Source: Lingula anatina
Lineage: Eukaryota > Animalia > Brachiopoda
Direction: 5' to 3'
Assembly (NCBI GenBank): GCA_051362555.1
Contig: CM120641.1
Coordinates: 34,912,401-34,976,400, forward strand
Length of the DNA: 64,000 nt
Under the pieces are notes generated by a model. The model saw only the letters and a list, made by a program, of their open reading frames with translations, made no database searches and was not told the origin of the DNA. Shown piece after piece: positions 62,001 through 64,000 of the stretch (positions are counted from its first letter, which is position 1; each line of letters opens with the position of its first letter). A program made the translations under genes and the position numbers.

Positions 62001-63664
62001 CATATAACTAGTTAACAGAAAACACTGAATTTGTTCACAGCTTTGAAACAGTCTGTTGAGTAAAGTTTGGAAAACATAACCTTACCAAACATTCAAATGC
62101 TTCTTGATTAGCTGATCCAGCAAACTTCAGTGCTATTGCCATGCATCCTCCAGCTACGATGTTGCAGTAGGCTTGACTGCAAAGAAACCATGAAATTAAC
62201 TGGATTATCACAAAAATCCTTTTTTTTTCAAATATTTCATTCAACTGGTATTTACAAAAATAGGTAAAGTAGATAATAGATCTAAAAACTAAAACATAGT
62301 CTTTTTATTCTGATAAAACAAGAAAACAAAATATAATTTCTACGTTCCCAAATGGGATAAAGTTGGAATTGTAATTAAATCTCGTACTGGAGCTTTGTTT
62401 CATCCATATCTCAAGGCCTTCTCTAGGTGAACTGAAATTCCGCTGTCACCGGTGTCATGTGGTTAAAAACTACGCGGGATGTCCCCCCAGTATCCAGTCC
62501 CACAATCAGAGTGGTTGGTATTTCAGGGACCATTTCCATACCCGATCGTATTAGCAGGATCGATCTATCTCCCAGGGGTTTCTCACTAAATTGCATTTAG
62601 TTTAAGGGTGCAGAAAAGTCAATTACCCCCCTAGCAGCTTCAGTGGGCATGACAGACATTTAAGCTGCTTAAACTGAATGCAATTTAGTGAGAATCCTCT
62701 CGGAGTTAGATCGATCCTGCTAGTACAATAGGTTTATGGGAACCCAGTCTCAGACTGCCATGCTTGTCAAGGGTGGGCATTCAATCCTCTCACGAATGGC
62801 CCTTTCACTCCTCATTTGAACCAGTCCTCCTCCTTGTCGAGGATCAAAGAGTCTCTTGTTTTAAACATCAGTGGCAGAGACATTCATTTTTAACTTCAGC
62901 TCGAGCATGAGATTTAATATTACAGCATTCCATCTTTATCTAAGTTTAAACCAATGGACAAATAAAATTTTCCAATTTGATTCCCATCTGGATAAACAAT
63001 CATAGCTTGTTTTTTAAATGACTAAATGTTAGAATATGACAAAATAGTAATGGATAATATGAAAAATTTATCTATCATTTGTAGTAAATACCTCATAGTT
63101 TCAAAGTCAGTATCACAGGTTGGATCATTTTGGTATTTATCCCGGTTGAACGCATACATTTTTATTACCTGTAAAAACATTAGATTCACCATGTAAACTT
63201 ACATTACATATTGTCAATCTTATTTCATTTTCATTCTTAAGATTAGAAAACCAATACCACAGACAAAACCAAATTACGTGACAACAGCAAATTGAAAACA
63301 TATCAAGTTGAGTGGAACAGGCATCTTTATACCACACCTTTCACCCAATAGAGGTCCAGTTTCACCAACACTGATAACACATTGGTTTTTCTGGCATGTT
63401 TAATTTTAGCTCATCAGCAGAAACAGGCTTACATTTTCTCTCTCACACAGACACACAAAGAAAAAAAAGACATTCACTAAATGCTGTGGTCAACCAAGAA
63501 ATGGATGTCTTGGTTGGAAATACTTATCCATAATGGATTTTTTTTTAACATTATAACCACAATGTATTTTTGGAACATTGTTGCTATACCTGTGGAATAT
63601 TTTGTTCAATCCATAATTTGGAAGGCAATACTGAATCCCACAAAACAAGTCCCTGACTGATAAC
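46202..63664 (-). CDS. ANAPC1: Anaphase-promoting complex subunit 1 (APC1), 3' part; 5' end lies beyond the window
   Basis: 16 minus-strand GT-AG exons in consistent phase: 63590-63664, 63092-63168, 62086-62176, 61759-61872, 61317-61462, 60313-60399, 59817-59934, 59485-59562, 55744-55811, 55438-55513, 55176-55238, 54438-54518, 50268-50363, 48335-48500, 47744-47878, 46202-46308. Diagnostic peptides: LVLWDSVLP, IVAGGCMAIALKFAGS, LSLAMVMAGTG, YGSHMAVSMAVGLLFLGGGRYTL, FPKFPNHSNDNRYHLQAFRHLYVLA, MAPCLLPEL, GERYWP, LYVKQRAGHLTYMEDP, ECVTQEKPEML. Confidence 0.95.
46466..46665. mobile_element. Fold-back MITE in the last ANAPC1 intron
   Basis: CCATAGATTAGATCGA...TCGATCTAAAATCTATGG. Same interior as 37965-38179. 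Confidence 0.82.
50902..50941. repeat. (TA)n microsatellite
   Basis: Pure TA run. Confidence 0.92.
52230..52625 (-). mobile_element. 3' relic of a Tc1/mariner (DDxD-type) transposon
   Basis: Minus-strand WALHSPDLNHPDFYLWGYFKDNVY...TISELK (cf. WPPxSPDLxPxDFxLWG). The element ends in ...TTTTTCATCCTG-TA, consistent with a TIR end plus a TA target. Confidence 0.85.
53356..53680. mobile_element. Kolobok-like MITE, TTAA TSD (second copy)
   Basis: TTAA|AGAGATAACAACTGTTCAT...ATGAACAGTTGTTATCCCT|TTAA. Confidence 0.82.
55075..55129. repeat. Poly(A) homopolymer of about 55 nt
   Basis: Uninterrupted A run in an ANAPC1 intron (poly-U in the pre-mRNA). Confidence 0.95.
56218..56510. mobile_element. Fold-back MITE upstream of the nested GPCR
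   Basis: AGAGCACATTCAAAAC / GTTCTGAATGCGCTCT ends. Inner arms ACCCCACTTAAAAAG / CTTTTTAAGTGGGGT and GCTGCTAATTCCCTGATGGT / ACCATCAGGGAATTAGCAGC. Confidence 0.85.
57146..58144 (+). CDS. Rhodopsin-family (class A) orphan GPCR with intronless CDS, nested antisense in an ANAPC1 intron
   Basis: 332-aa ORF with 7 hydrophobic segments, N-terminal sequons (NSS, NST), TM1 GIGN, TM3 Cys (LCDY) plus ECL2 Cys, ALQRY (DRY-like) followed by HP, TM4 Trp (LSW), TM5 Pro, and a helix-8-like NKFLR. Start context AAAATGG. Confidence 0.92.
   Translation: MENSSAFYKNSTDGSEFGPIPLSVSVIVFIVLILCIVIGGIGNFSTMVTIVRLPDHPKSSYYLIASISATHSLLCFFVMPVHMASLLVEDHELGRGLCDYSAYAAAILTTTANLLLCATALQRYIGTMHPSCFGKVKSSKYTRGMIALSWLLPLLLFLVIKFAVLDEAPEYTPMDLNCKIATSSLLNFLLPVLYAPSTLIMLCSYLMLFYKIKKMRSTVAPVQDNLEVSTPTPMNDYIVKYQLRLTKTIFLILTEHCLTAICPGFMWLAAANSESDPRVLSILAILLMRMGPVFDVIIILVGNKFLRFRIKNLYAHIFGYDSGDPNSINWAV
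59002..59050. repeat. (GT)n microsatellite
   Basis: Pure GT run. Confidence 0.95.
60510..61147. mobile_element. MULE (Mutator)-like non-autonomous element with 9-bp TSD
   Basis: CATTAATCT is duplicated at 60501-60509 and 61148-61156. The left end has about 8 tandem 16-bp units (GCTATGCCGAAGGTTC) and the right end has the inverted units. Confidence 0.88.
62525..62749. mobile_element. Fold-back MITE
   Basis: TAGCAGGATCGATCTA / TAGATCGATCCTGCTA and TTCTCACTAAATTGCATT / AATGCAATTTAGTGAGAA arms. Core resembles the 37965/46466 family. Confidence 0.82.
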
Positions 63665-64000
63665 CTATAAAAAATGAAAAAAAGTCACTGAAATAAAATA
63701 TAACATATATTTCTGTTTTGTTATGAATATCATCATTTACAGACCTGACTGACGAGGCAGTGGTGCTAAAGAACCTGGCTTTAAAGGATTTGGCGCAATT
63801 AGAAAGATTCACCAGGTGTTTGTGTTCAGCAGTTTGGATTTTATGTTCTTCAAAGAGTTGATGAAGGATATTTTTTATGGGATGCTGCAGTAACTAAACA
63901 TTTACGTCACTACCAAAGCATTCTTAAAATCAAGAAAAATAATGAATCAAAATTCTGAATATTGTAATCCATGCAGGTTTTTTAGCATCAAGATTTCACA

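Overview
AT-rich animal (invertebrate, probably lophotrochozoan-like) genomic DNA with GT-AG spliceosomal introns. Most ORFs in the supplied track are exon fragments, antisense shadows or noise. Hand splicing supports three protein-coding genes. (1) A 48-exon + strand gene (2379-43868; summed CDS 8067 nt, about 2688 aa, all intron phases consistent) for a giant, apparently secreted mosaic protein: signal peptide, 7x MAM, F-type lectin, 2x MAM, 2x Sushi, C-type lectin-like, WSC, fibrinogen/COLFI-N-like mini-domain, F5/8C (discoidin), WSC, 3x Sushi, WSC, Sushi. (2) The 3' 16 exons of ANAPC1 (APC/C subunit 1) on the - strand (63664 to 46202; 5' end beyond the window), convergent with gene 1. (3) A 332-aa class-A GPCR with an intronless CDS and degenerate activation motifs, nested antisense in an ANAPC1 intron (57146-58144). 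Introns hold many non-autonomous DNA transposons (PIF/Harbinger-, MULE-, Kolobok- and HINE-like), Tc1/mariner and LINE relics, and microsatellites. The best novelty candidate is the multi-lectin MAM mosaic protein. No rRNA, tRNA or CRISPR was seen. All calls are by eye, with no database search.
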